A stretch of 59,757 nt of DNA, counting the filler, from Malassezia furfur (lineage: Eukaryota): assembly GCA_052055015.1 (NCBI GenBank). It is 2 parts of 2 records of this genome, joined end to end, with 100 filler letters (N's around TTAATTAATTAA, not from the genome) between each part and the next. Parts side by side here need not be neighbours in the genome. Positions count along the whole stretch, not along the records: positions 1 to 30,187 come from JBQJIT010000102.1; positions 30,288 to 59,757 come from JBQJIT010000103.1. The stretch is one strand, 5' to 3'. A program made the translations under genes and the position numbers. Under the pieces are notes generated by a model, which saw nothing but the letters and a program-made list of their open reading frames with translations, searched no databases and had not been told where the DNA came from. This document shows, one piece after another, positions 22,418 through 33,336 of this stretch; within the stretch, counting starts at the first letter, position 1; each line of letters begins with the position of its first letter.

Positions 22418-22525
22418 CCTCCTCGCTGCCTAAGCCGTGGCCGTCGTGCAAATTAGGCCCGATTTGGGGAAAAAAGAATAAAAAAAGGGACGTGCGCAGG
22501 AAGACGCGACCCAGTGCCTGCCACG

Positions 22526-24998
22526 ATGGTGTATTCGGCTCCGGTTCCCGCGTACAACACCGGTGTCCAGAACAGCTTTGCGTACGAGTCGGCGCTGCAT
22601 CGGTGGCCTGCGATCCTCACGCAGGCCATCGATGCCATGTATCGCCACTGCCACACGCTCTCGCTCCAGTCGCAGCAGGCGGCCGTCGACGAGGGCAAGG
22701 CGATTATCGAGCGTATCGCCAAACTCAAGTACGACATCACACACGACTGCCCGCTCGAGCCGCTCGGCGTGACCAAGGACAATGCCGCACACCTCGCGGA
22801 CGGCTACCGTGCGCCGCCTACGGATGCCTACGATGCGTGGATCCACGAGGCGCACCCGACATGGTTCAACGCCGTGTGGTACGTCGGCCCCACTCACCCA
22901 GGCTGTACGCCGAGTGCTATCTGTACCGGTACCTGCGCCATCTGTTCGACACGTCGACACACTGGCAGTCGTACGACCCCTTCTTCCAGACCAAGTCCGA
23001 CACCTTCCTCGCCTCCGAGGCGGGCATCCACGCCTGTGCCAAGCTCATCCAGGAGCTCCTAGAGAAAAACGCAACGCACGCCGTACACGACCCGGCGACC
23101 AACGTCATCTTTGACGAGCTCGTCTCGTCGTCGCTGTGGGGCAACGCCACGGACCTTAGCCTGCTCACCAACCTGAACTATGCTGATCTGCAGAAGCTGC
23201 AGGCCACCAGCGCCGAGCACCGCAAGGAGAAGCAGCAGTTTGTGTTGGTCAACCAGCTCGCCGATGCATGGGACGCCCTGCGCAGCATGGACCACGGTCG
23301 TGTCGACATTGTGCTCGACAATGCCGGCTTTGAGCTCGTGACCGACGTCGTGCTGGCCGACTGGCTCCTGACGCTCCGCGGCACGATTCCCCGCGCGTCC
23401 AAAGAGCGCGCGGCCGATGTGCAGGGTCGCCTCGACGCGGTCCACACGCGCATCGACCAAGCTGCGCAGAAGGCGTCGCGCCCGCCGCCCAGCCTGCTTG
23501 CCGTGTCCAAGCTGCAGCCGCCGTCGGATGTAATGGCTGCGTTCGAAGCTGGGCAGCGCCACTTCGGTGAGAACTACGCGCAGGAACTCGTCGAGAAGGC
23601 ACACGTCCTTCCGCAATCGATCAAGTGGCACCTAATCGGCGGGCTGCAGAGCAACAAGGCCAAAATCCTCGCACGTACGTTGCCCGCTCACCCAGCCATC
23701 CCGAATCTGTACGCCGTCGAGTCAATCGACTCGGAAAAACTCGCGACCAGCCTCGAGAAGGCGCTCGCCAAGCCCGAAAACGAGCTCCGCCGTACCTACC
23801 CTCTGCACGTCTATCTCCAGGTGAACACCAGCAGCGAAGAGGGCAAGAGCGGCGTCGCGCCGATGACCGAGGCATGGGATGGCAACGCACCAGAGCCGCC
23901 GCTCCTCGTGCTCGCCAAGCACATCCTCCTGCGCTGCCCTCACCTGCGTCTCGCGGGTCTGATGACCATCGGTGCGCTGGCGAACAGCCAGCAGTCGCGC
24001 GATGCGCACCACAACCCCGACTTTGAGGCCCTCGTGTCGACGCGGAGCAACCTGCTGCAGGCCCTTCGCAAGGACAGCGACCTCCAAGCAGAGGTGCGCA
24101 AGACGGCGTACTGGTCGCCCGACGGTTCGGCGCACGACGTGTACACATCGCTGTTTATCAATGCGCCTGACGCGCTCGAACTGAGCATGGGTATGTCGGC
24201 GGACCTCGAAACGGCGGTGGCCTACGGCAGTGGCCATGTGCGGATCGGCAGCGACTGTTTCGGCCCGCGCTCGAGCAACCAGGACGCGGCCAAGGTGCGT
24301 GAGCAGGATATTCAGCGCGTCGCCGACGTGCCGCTCGTGCAAGAGGTCGTGTTCCACACCAAGAACATGCCGTGGTTCGTGAGCGACACGTGTGTGCCTG
24401 ATGTGTGGTACACGATCGAGCAGCTGTGCACGACGTCGATGAAGGATTCTGCGCCGGTACAGGCGATGGCCAAGCGCTGGAAGACCCACTTTGACGAGAA
24501 GCGGTTCCGGCTACAGATGCCGCACGATGCGCCGCTCGGCGCGGATGCAGGGGAGCTGTCCGACTTTTGGACGATGCCGAGTGGCTACGGCGCTATGGTG
24601 CGTGACAAGAGTGTTGCTGACCTCAGCCGGAATTGGCGCCTGCGCTGCTTACGCAGCTGGCATCCAGCGGACTGGTGATCTTCAAAGGTACGTCGGAGAT
24701 CGACTGATGCAGGCGATTTGGTACGTCGCATGCACGCTCATGTAGAACTACCGCAAGCTCACGCAGGATGCTGAATGGCCGACCGATACGCCCTTCGTCA
24801 CGGCCCTCGGGCCACTGGCTGGCCACTTCCCAATCCTCGCGCTGCGCACCTGCAAGGCCGAGGTGTGCGTCGGTCTGCAAGCCGGCCAAGCGGCCGCGCT
24901 AGATCGGCAGGACCCCAAGTGGAGAACCAATGGACACTGGGCCGGTACGTCGCTTCCGCTAAGCTGATGCAGTGATGCAATTCGCTGCACGTCCCTAA
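22526..24998 (+). CDS. DUF89/ARMT1 damage-control phosphatase with an internally inserted YggS/PLPBP (PROSC) PLP-binding barrel
   Basis: DUF89 motifs SFAY..RWP, WLYAECYLYR, YDPF, LWGNATDLSLL, VLDNAGFEL, HTKNMPWFVSD, FKGDLNYRKL, LRTCKAEV flank YggS motifs AVSK, FGENY, WHLIG.LQSNK, QVNTS, GLMTIG, LSMGMS, VRIGS. Introns 22879-22901, 23675-23695, 24598-24626, 24688-24712, 24721-24745, 24945-24972. Confidence 0.93.
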
Positions 24999-25286
24999 GA
25001 TAGGCTCATCGGTATGCGGCTTAGTCAGCCGGCTGTGGGGAGAACTGCGCGTGCGCCGGCGGGTTTAACGAGGGGCCCCATGTCCGCTGTAAAAAAGAGC
25101 CGCGGGGGCCGGCGGCCTGATCCCTCTCGCTCACCACCTTCTAGTCTGCTACTAGAAGGTCGCTAGTTAGAAACCATTTTCTCGAACCAGCTTCGCTCGT
25201 GTCACAACCAGCACCGGGGCCAACGTCGTACTTGCGCTCCTCCTCTGATATCAGCCTAAACACCAGATCTCTGCAATTGACCTACA

Positions 25287-26966
25287 ATGGCCCCGGTTGC
25301 TAACTCTCAACAATCTTCCCAGGTCGCCTCGGGCAACGCCCCGGTGGACCCCACGGCCGCTCGTCACGAGCAGGCCGAGACGATCCGCGTCGCCTCGGAC
25401 CGGATCAACTACACGCCCGAGTTCATCACGGCGCACTACGAGTACCAAAACACGCACGTCGAGCGCAAGCCGACCGCGAACGGTACCGAGGAATTCGTCG
25501 CGACGCCGTACAAGCATGAATTCGAGTTCCGCACGGGCCGCCGCGTGCCCAAGACGGGCCTGATGCTCGTCGGCCTGGGCGGCAACAACGGCACGACCAT
25601 TACGGCGACCATCCTGGCCAACCGGCACAATGTGCAATGGCGCAACAAGGAGGGCGTGCAGACGCCCAACTACTACGGCTCGCTCGTGCGTGCGTCGACG
25701 ATGCGTCTCGGCACGGACCCCGCGACGGGCAAGGACGTGTGGGTGCCGTTCAGCAACGTGCTGCCGATGGTCCACCCCAACGACCTCGTCGTCGGCGGTT
25801 GGGACATTAGCTCGCTGCCGCTCGACAAGGCCACCGAGCGCGCCCAGGTGCTCGACTACGACCTGCAGCGCCAGCTCCAGCCGATGCTCGCCGAGATCCA
25901 GCCGAAGCCGTCGGTGTACTACCCCGACTTCATTGCCGCCAACCAGGAGGAGCGCGCCGACAACGTGCTGCCTGGCTCGGACAAGAAGGCGCACGTCGAG
26001 CAGCTGCGCAAGGACATCCGCGACTTCAAGGCGCAGAACCAGCTCGACCAGGTCGTGGTGGTGTGGACCGCCAACACGGAGCGCTACTCGTCGATCGTGC
26101 CGGGGGTGAACGACACGGCGGACAACCTGCTGCGTGCCGTGGAGCAGAGTCACGAGGAGGTCTCGCCGTCGACGATCTTTGCGATTGCGTGCATCCTCGA
26201 GAATGTGCCGTACGTCAACGGCGCGCCGCAGAACACGTTTGTGCCGGGCGCCATCGAGCTCGCCGAGCGCCACAAGGCGTTCATCGGCGGCGACGACCTC
26301 AAGACCGGACAGACCAAGGTCAAGAGCGTGCTTGCCGAGTACCTCGTCAACGCCGGCATCAAGCCGCTGTCGATCGCGAGCTACAACCACCTCGGCAACA
26401 ACGACGGCTACAACCTGAGCTCCCAGCGCCAGTTCCGCAGCAAGGAGATCAGCAAGTCGAGTGTCGTGGACGACATGTGCGAGGCGAACCACCTGCTGTA
26501 CCGCAAGGGCCAGCCCGCCAAGGCGGACGGCGAGGTGGCCGCGACCAAGGGCGAGCGCCCGGACCACTGCATCGTGATCAAGTACATCCCCGCGGTCGGC
26601 GACCAGAAAGTGGCCATGGACGACTACACGAGCGAGCTGTGCATGGGTGGACGCAACCGCCTGTACGTGACGAACTTGTGTGAGGACTCGCTGCTTGCCT
26701 CGCCGCTGCTCATCGACTTGGCCGTGCTTGCCGAGCTGATGACCCGCATCACCTACCGCGTGCCGGGCGAGGCCGACCAGGAGTGGAAGTCGATGTACTC
26801 GGTGCTCTCGCTGCTCTCCTACTCGCTCAAGGCGCCTCTCGTCAAGCCGGGCACCGACGTGGTCAACAGCCTGAACCGCCAGCGCGCGGCGGTGACCAAC
26901 TTTATGCGTGCCTGCCTGTCGCTGGCGCCCGAGAGCGACCTGCTCCTTGAGACGCGCCTGTGGTAG
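25287..26966 (+). CDS. INO1: Inositol-3-phosphate synthase
   Basis: [46 protein letters not shown]; intronless coding region. Confidence 0.99.
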   Translation: MAPVANSQQSSQVASGNAPVDPTAARHEQAETIRVASDRINYTPEFITAHYEYQNTHVERKPTANGTEEFVATPYKHEFEFRTGRRVPKTGLMLVGLGGNNGTTITATILANRHNVQWRNKEGVQTPNYYGSLVRASTMRLGTDPATGKDVWVPFSNVLPMVHPNDLVVGGWDISSLPLDKATERAQVLDYDLQRQLQPMLAEIQPKPSVYYPDFIAANQEERADNVLPGSDKKAHVEQLRKDIRDFKAQNQLDQVVVVWTANTERYSSIVPGVNDTADNLLRAVEQSHEEVSPSTIFAIACILENVPYVNGAPQNTFVPGAIELAERHKAFIGGDDLKTGQTKVKSVLAEYLVNAGIKPLSIASYNHLGNNDGYNLSSQRQFRSKEISKSSVVDDMCEANHLLYRKGQPAKADGEVAATKGERPDHCIVIKYIPAVGDQKVAMDDYTSELCMGGRNRLYVTNLCEDSLLASPLLIDLAVLAELMTRITYRVPGEADQEWKSMYSVLSLLSYSLKAPLVKPGTDVVNSLNRQRAAVTNFMRACLSLAPESDLLLETRLW

Positions 26967-27074
26967 GCGGCCGCCAACGTGCGGCGTGTCGTGTGTGGTG
27001 TTTCCGTTTCGTAGCTTTGGCGTAGCCTCCTTTGTCCGTTTGTCTTTTTTTCGTACTGCACCGTGGCTACGTGT

Positions 27075-29394
27075 CTATGGCTGCCAACACGCCGACAGAC
27101 CATGCTCCTGGAACCAGCCCGCACCTTTCTCCTCGTAGTCGGCCCGCGTCACCGACGTCGCACGGAACACGTCGGGCTGGTCGATGACCCATTGCCGCAT
27201 CCCGCGCCACGGATCGAAGCGCGCGTTCTGCGCCCGCCGGACCGACAGCGGCGCATTGGGCGGGAGCAGCGCGCGCAGGCCTGCGGCGAGGCGCGTGTCA
27301 AAGTGCGGCAGCTGCGCATAGCGTCCCGTGACCAGCACATTGCGGATCATGCGGTCGCGCACGGGCGCCTCAAACGAGCGCAGCACGTGGCCGGCGAGCT
27401 CGGTGAGGCCCGCCTGGTCGACGCCGGCCATGATGGGCTGCCAGGTGACCTCAGGCACGCGGATGCGCTCGACGTTCAGGTGCACTTGGTGGTACTGCGC
27501 GACGTCGTTCGGGTCCCACTTGGGTTCGAAGCCGCGCAGGTACGTGGTGACGAGCAGCGTCTTGCGTGCCTGCATCGCCGCATAGGTATCTTCGGAGGTG
27601 AACTGCGCGTCGTGCTCGAGCAGCTTCGCCTCGACGGCCTCGAGCTGCGCCATCGCCTCGCGCTCCTCCTCCTCGCTCGCATCCACCACGTTGCGGTACA
27701 CAGCCCAGTCGCTGTCGTCCGCGCCGAACGTGTCTTCGTCGTCGCCGCGCTTGCGCCGCTGTCGCGAGCCCGAGGAGCTGGACTGCTCGCTGGCCAGCGC
27801 GGTGATGTTCTTCATGCGCTGCTGCGCCGCGGCCGACTTGCGGTCGGGCATCATTTCCTTGAGCCGCTTCTGCTCCTGAATGCGCGCAATCACCTCCTGG
27901 TGCTGCTTGCGGATCTTGTCGAGCCACTGTTCGGGGTGTTCGCGCTGCTCTTTCCGCTCGCGCTCCTCGGCCTCGGCTTGGAGTCGCTCCTCCTCGGCCT
28001 TCTCGGCCCGCGCGCGCATGCGCGCATCGTAGCCGGCCTTGAGCAGGCGCTGCCGGCGCTTCTCCTTGATGCCCTCCTCATCGAGCTCCGCATCAGGCAC
28101 ATCCAGCAGCGGGAACGACGGCGGCTTCTTGTCCTCCTCGTTGTCCACCTCCTCGCCACGGAACCGCTTCACGGCCGCATCCAGCCGCTTGATAATCTTT
28201 TCGAGCTCCTGCTCGGATTCGAAGCCCTCCTCTTCGAGCCGTTTCTGGGTGAGTCGGGCGGCGGCGTACCAGGTAGGCCTCGTGCGGCTCTTTGTCCTTC
28301 CACTCTTTCAGCAGGGTATAGTACTTGAGGTCGTTCTCGTTCTGCTCCGCCTTCTCCTGGCGCATGGCGCGCGTCTGCTCAATCAGGCGCTGGCCCGCAG
28401 CGCGTTTCCGCTCGGCAATCTTCTCGAGCTCCTCTTGGGACTTTTCCTGCCGTTCGGGGGGAACATAGGGCAGCTGCACCACCTTGTCGATCTTGGCCAG
28501 GTTCTCGGGCATACTCAGCGAGCGGATCTCGGCGTCGTAGTCGGGCGAGATGTAGCACAGCTGCTCGAGCATCGTTTGCGACTCAAACGACGTGATGCGT
28601 TGCGGAAGGTTGGGGTATTTGAGCTGCAGCAGCCGGTGCAAAAAGTCGGAGCCCATCGCGCCGCCCCACGAGAGTCTGCATAAGCCACACACACGTACCG
28701 CTTCGCGTTGTCAAGGATGCCACGGCCGCCCACCAGCGGCACGACAAGCGTCGTGTTGCGGCCGGCGGACACTAGCAGGCCGTCCTCACGGACATTGTTT
28801 GCATACCCTGCAAAGAGCGCATCCAGACCATAGTTGACCGACGGCACACGGTAGGCCTCAAACAGCAACTCGTTCATCTCTGTCGTTAGACCAAGCTCGC
28901 ACGTACGGCTTCGGCTGTACTCGGGGTTGCACAGTGTCTCGGTCATCAACAGCGGGTGCTCGATCCGCTCGATGTCGATCCCGAGCTTGAGGAACGTATA
29001 GTCCAGAATGGCTTCCTGCGGTCAGCACAGCACGGAGGACGCACCATCGAGTCGAAGCCGCAAACGACGTCCCCGTCAAAGGGACTCTTCATCGCCGCGC
29101 GTCCCTGCGAGTCGACGTAGCAGTCATTCCCACACAAGAGCACGTTGCTGCTGCGTCTCCGGTCACGAAAACGCGACACGATGTTGTCGTACGCCAGCGG
29201 CGGACGGTCGCCGGAGCACGTCGAGAACCCTGCGCGCAATTCCGACGAGCCTTCATAAGACGACACGACGTACCGTTATCAATTAGGATGGGCGCACGTT
29301 CGGACCAGTGCACGGACGAGCGGTACTGGCCCAATCCGGTCACCGGTGTTGGTGTCGGCCATTCCGTGACTTCCAGTGCAGGCGTAAAAGACAT
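27075..29394 (-). CDS. ARP5: Actin-related protein 5 (INO80 complex)
   Basis: PILIDNGSSELRAG, MTETLCNP, DTFGADDSDWAVY, HLNVERIRVPE. Introns 29251-29273, 29016-29044, 28880-28906, 28676-28698, 28245-28269. Confidence 0.95.
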
Positions 29395-29888
29395 GTCGCT
29401 CAGGCACTAGGGACAATTCGCGAGATCGGTACTGCAGCGCGCGCGCACGCGCTTCCAGCGCCGCGTGCCACGTGGTTGAGCTGGACATCGAGGACACGTT
29501 TATTCAGCAAAAAGACATTTACGCGCCCCGAGTGCCAAGGTTGCACCTGACGCCTGCGCGTTGTGGGGAACCGAATTCAGCAGGTCATTTGCTTATGTCA
29601 CGTAGCCAAATTTTGGATTGGATACGCATGCATTGCGCTAGTCCTCATGACCATCTTCCCCCAGATTTTCGCGAGCAGTAGCTGCAGCGTATCGCAGGCC
29701 GCCAATAATTATGCACTCGACTCGTGAAGCTGGCTGGGGAGGTTTCTCAACGCGTAGGCTTAGTGGGGAGCCACGTCCAATTCATCCTTCGGTCACGATC
29801 ACCTAGGGCTATTTGCTAGGCCACTACAAAAGCAGATCGTGCTAGTTTCCTCTGCTAGTTTCCTTTTGCTCCTTCGGGAACGAGGGTC

Positions 29889-30187
29889 ATGAGCAGCTAC
29901 GAAGGGGACGTCGGTGTGCGCCGTCGGAACCCTTATTCGGACGACCATGACGAGCACTTTGGTGCGACGGGTCAAACGGGTTACCACCAGGCCGGTAAGC
30001 CTATCGGTTACTTTGCCGCCCGCAAGACTCCGTACGCTAAAAAGCTCGTCTCTAAGAAGTTGCTGATCTTCACGTTCGTTCTTCTTCCTATTCTCTTCAT
30101 TGTCAATCTCGTGATCATCCTACTTCCAGTTTTCTATGCCATTGCCAACCACACTCTCAATGTGTCTGTGATGCACATCTACTCGTC
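29889..30187 (+). CDS. 5' fragment of a single-pass membrane protein (possibly DUF3712-like), cut off by the contig end
   Basis: ATG 29889, hydrophilic N-terminus, basic patch, long hydrophobic stretch LLIFTFVLLPILFIVNLVIILLPVF; frame still open at the Ns. Family guess is weak. Confidence 0.6.
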
Positions 30188-30287
30188 NNNNNNNNNNNNN
30201 NNNNNNNNNNNNNNNNNNNNNNNNNNNNNNNTTAATTAATTAANNNNNNNNNNNNNNNNNNNNNNNNNNNNNNNNNNNNNNNNNNNN
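30188..30287. other. Artificial contig linker (N44 + six-frame stop TTAATTAATTAA + N44)
   Basis: Exactly 100 bp and symmetric; the 12-mer places TAA in all six frames. Confidence 0.97.
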
Positions 30288-30388
30288 CACGCGGCGTGGC
30301 CGGCGCCACCCGCATCCTACACGCCGCGCTACGGCAGCGCACACGGCGAGCGCCCCGCGGCGCCGCCACGGCCGCCACGGGTATGAAG

Positions 30389-33284
30389 TCATGCATCGCT
30401 CTCGGACGCCGTCGAGGACGCCTCGTCGGATTCGTCGCTGGGTGAGTGCAGAGACACGTACGGATCCTTGCGTGTGCGCGTGCGGCGCACGCGGCGTGGC
30501 TCGGTGCGCACGGGCGGCAGCGCGTCGAGGAGCGAGCGCAGGTCCGCAAACGCGTCCGTCTGCAGCGTGCCGTCGGCGGCCGCCTGCGACGGCGCCCAGT
30601 TGGCAAAGAGCGGCGCATAGCGCTTCTCGAGCGCCGCCTCGAGACGCGTACAGGCGGTGCGCAGCGTCGACTCCTCGGCGCGCTCGCGCACGGCCTGTGC
30701 CAGGATCGCGAGACCCTTGACGTGCCGCTCGTCGAGCGTGTCGGGCAGGTAGAATTTGCCGACGAGCGCAGCGAGCGCCTTGCGTTCTTCGCCTGGGTCA
30801 GTGAGGTCGACGTACCCTTCTCCAGCGTGCACAGGCGCTCGAGCACGGCGTGCGCGAGGTCGACGTGCACAGTCGTGTCGGGCGTCGACAGCACGAGCTT
30901 CTCCGGGTTCGACCAATCCAGGAGCTGCAGTGCGATCTGGGTGGGCGTCGCCATGGTCTGCGACGCGTCCTTCTCAAGGTACACTTGCGTAAGGAGGTCG
31001 AGCGTATCGAGGAAGAGGCGCTGTACCATGCGCTGGTGCCGCGCATGCGACGAACAGTATAGCGGCAAAAAGTAGCTCAGACACTGCCGGAGCGGCTGGT
31101 TCTGTGCGGTGTCCGGCGAGAAGTAGATCAGGACAAGCGCCTTGAGCACGTCGTCGTCGCGCAGCGCACCCGTGAGCAAAAGCTTGGCGATCCCCTCGCT
31201 CGCGGCCGTCTGCACATCGGGCTCGTCGTGCTCGAGGAGCGACAGCAAAAACCCGACCATCTGCTGCTGCGCAAACTGCATGCCCCGCTCGGCGTCCCCG
31301 TCAAACTCGGACTGCGCCGCGACCTCCGCGCTGCGTCGGCACAGCGCCTCGACGCCGTGCACCACGACCAAGTCAAACAGACACTGCACGCAGCGCACCT
31401 GGATCGTGCCCGTCCCGCGCTGGATCTGGTCAAGCAGCAGCGGGAAGGTGTCGAGTGCCATCTTTTCGTCGAGCAGCGAGCAGAGGCCAAGGCACACAAG
31501 GCCCTCTTCGCGCACCACCGCGTCCTTGCTGCGCACCGCCGGCACAATCAGCTGCGGGATCAGCCCGTGGAAGGCCGAGTTGTCCTGCAGCGCACACGAC
31601 ACGCGCTCGAGCATCGTACGCACAATCAGCAGCCGCCGCGCATCGAGCGCCGCGCGATGCGCGGCCATCTCGGGGTCGCTCTCGAGACGCGCGTGCCACG
31701 ACAGCGCGTGCTGCATACTCGTCTCGCCGTCCTCCTCGACGAGGTCCGCGTCGAGCTCCTGGACCAGCTCCACGACCATCTGCACAAAGTCGCGCTGCCC
31801 ACTCGACAGGCGCAGCAGCACGTCGAGGCACCGCGGGATGAGCGCCGCGGGGAGCCACGCGTTCGCAAGCATCTCGCGCACCAACATGAACATCTTGCGG
31901 CGCCCCATCTCGTCGCCATAGTCGCAGTGGATCGCCAGCGCCAGCATCTCGTTCACCACAAAGATGCGCGCAAGGGACGAGTCGTCCTGGATCGCGGGCA
32001 TCGCCTCGTCCTCGTCCTCGTCCTGCTCGCTCGCCTGCTGCTCGAGCAGCACGCTCAGCGTGCGGTACTCGGCCTCGATGCGGAACACGAGCTCAGTGAC
32101 CATCGGCAGACACGCGTCGAGCAGCGTCTCGCGCTGGTGCGCCTGGCAGAACAGCACAAAGCACCGCGCAAGCAGCGCGGACTCGGGCGTGACCGTCGCC
32201 CAGTACTGCGCGTGGTCGCGCAGCTGCTGTGTGACGCGGTCCACGACACTCGCATCGTCCTCGAGGAGCGCCATCACCGCCGCTTCGCCCGCGTCGGTAC
32301 GCGCGACGTGCAGCATGCCAAGCAGCACGAGGACGTGGCCCTCGGCCGCGGTCTCGAGCCAGTGGTGCACGAGCTTGCGCGCGGCCTTCTTGACGGACGG
32401 CTCGCGCTCGTGCAGGCCGATGCGCACCACCTCGGCGACCGCATGCTCGCCGAGGCCCAGGCCGTGGTCCTCGTCGGCGAGCATCTTGAGCGAACCGAGG
32501 TACACGCACCGCCGGTTCGTCGCGTCCACGTCCTGCAGACGCTCGAGGATGTAGGGCAGCGTCGCGGGCGACGCCGTGAGGTTGAAGAGCGCCGCGCGGC
32601 GGACCTCGGCGCTGGGGTCGTGCCGCAAGAGGTGCAGCAGGAGCCGCGTGGTGCTCGTGTCCTCCTCGTCGTCGCCCTGCAGCCGCGCGAGTGCCACGGC
32701 CGCCTGGACACGCACGGCCGACTCGCGGTCGGTGACGCGCTCCAGCAGAAAGCCCGACAGGGTCTGGTACAGTTCGTCGCTGGGTGAGTAGCGCACACTT
32801 ACTCGATGCTCTCGACCACGTTGACCAGCAGCGCGACGCAGCTGCAGCACCGCAGCCGCACGTTCTTGTCCTTGGCACGGAAGCCCTTGAGCAGGTGCTT
32901 GAGCAGGATCGTGACGAAGCGCGTGCCGGGCGTATCGTCCGCGCGCTTCCCCGCGCGCTGTGCCGCGAGCGCAAACTGCTCGATCGCGTACGCGGCGTAC
33001 GTCGCGACAAACTTGCACACGCGGTCCGCGGCCGCCACGCCCTTCTTCACGTCGAGCACGCGGTTCAGGCACCGGAAAAAGCCCTCGTTGAACGCCTTCT
33101 CGCCCACGAGGCGCGTGCCGCGCGGCGTCTGCTCGGTGAGCTGTGCACACTGCGCGTGCAGCCGGTAGAGCCCCACGGCATTCTTGCGGTGATTCGCGAC
33201 CGAGTGCTGCGCGTCCTGAAAGTGGCCCGGCACCTGCGCCTGCACGCTCTGCGCGAGCGCCGCGCCGTCCACACTCGCCGGCAT
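30389..33284 (-). CDS. YCG1: Condensin subunit CAP-G (Ycg1/Cnd3)
   Basis: FQDAQHSVANHRKN, LLKGFRAKDKNVRLR, HDPSAEVRRAAL, DYGDEMGRRKMF, NQPLRQCLSYF. Introns 32780-32802 and 30793-30815. Confidence 0.95.
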
Positions 33285-33336
33285 GGCCAACGCAAGTGAC
33301 ACCGCGCGACGCGTACGTCACGTGCCCTACGCCTCG

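Noticed and set aside
23390..24270. YggS as a separate gene nested in an intron of the DUF89 gene
   Set aside because: Same strand and frame, no own start or stop, no splice signals at the junctions, and all introns here are under about 55 nt.
29840..29864. Direct repeat TGCTAGTTTCCT x2 upstream of 29889
   Set aside because: Only two short copies in a pyrimidine-rich leader; no further support.
30232..30243. TTAATTAATTAA as a piggyBac TTAA target or AT-rich centromere core
   Set aside because: Embedded symmetrically in Ns; a synthetic spacer.
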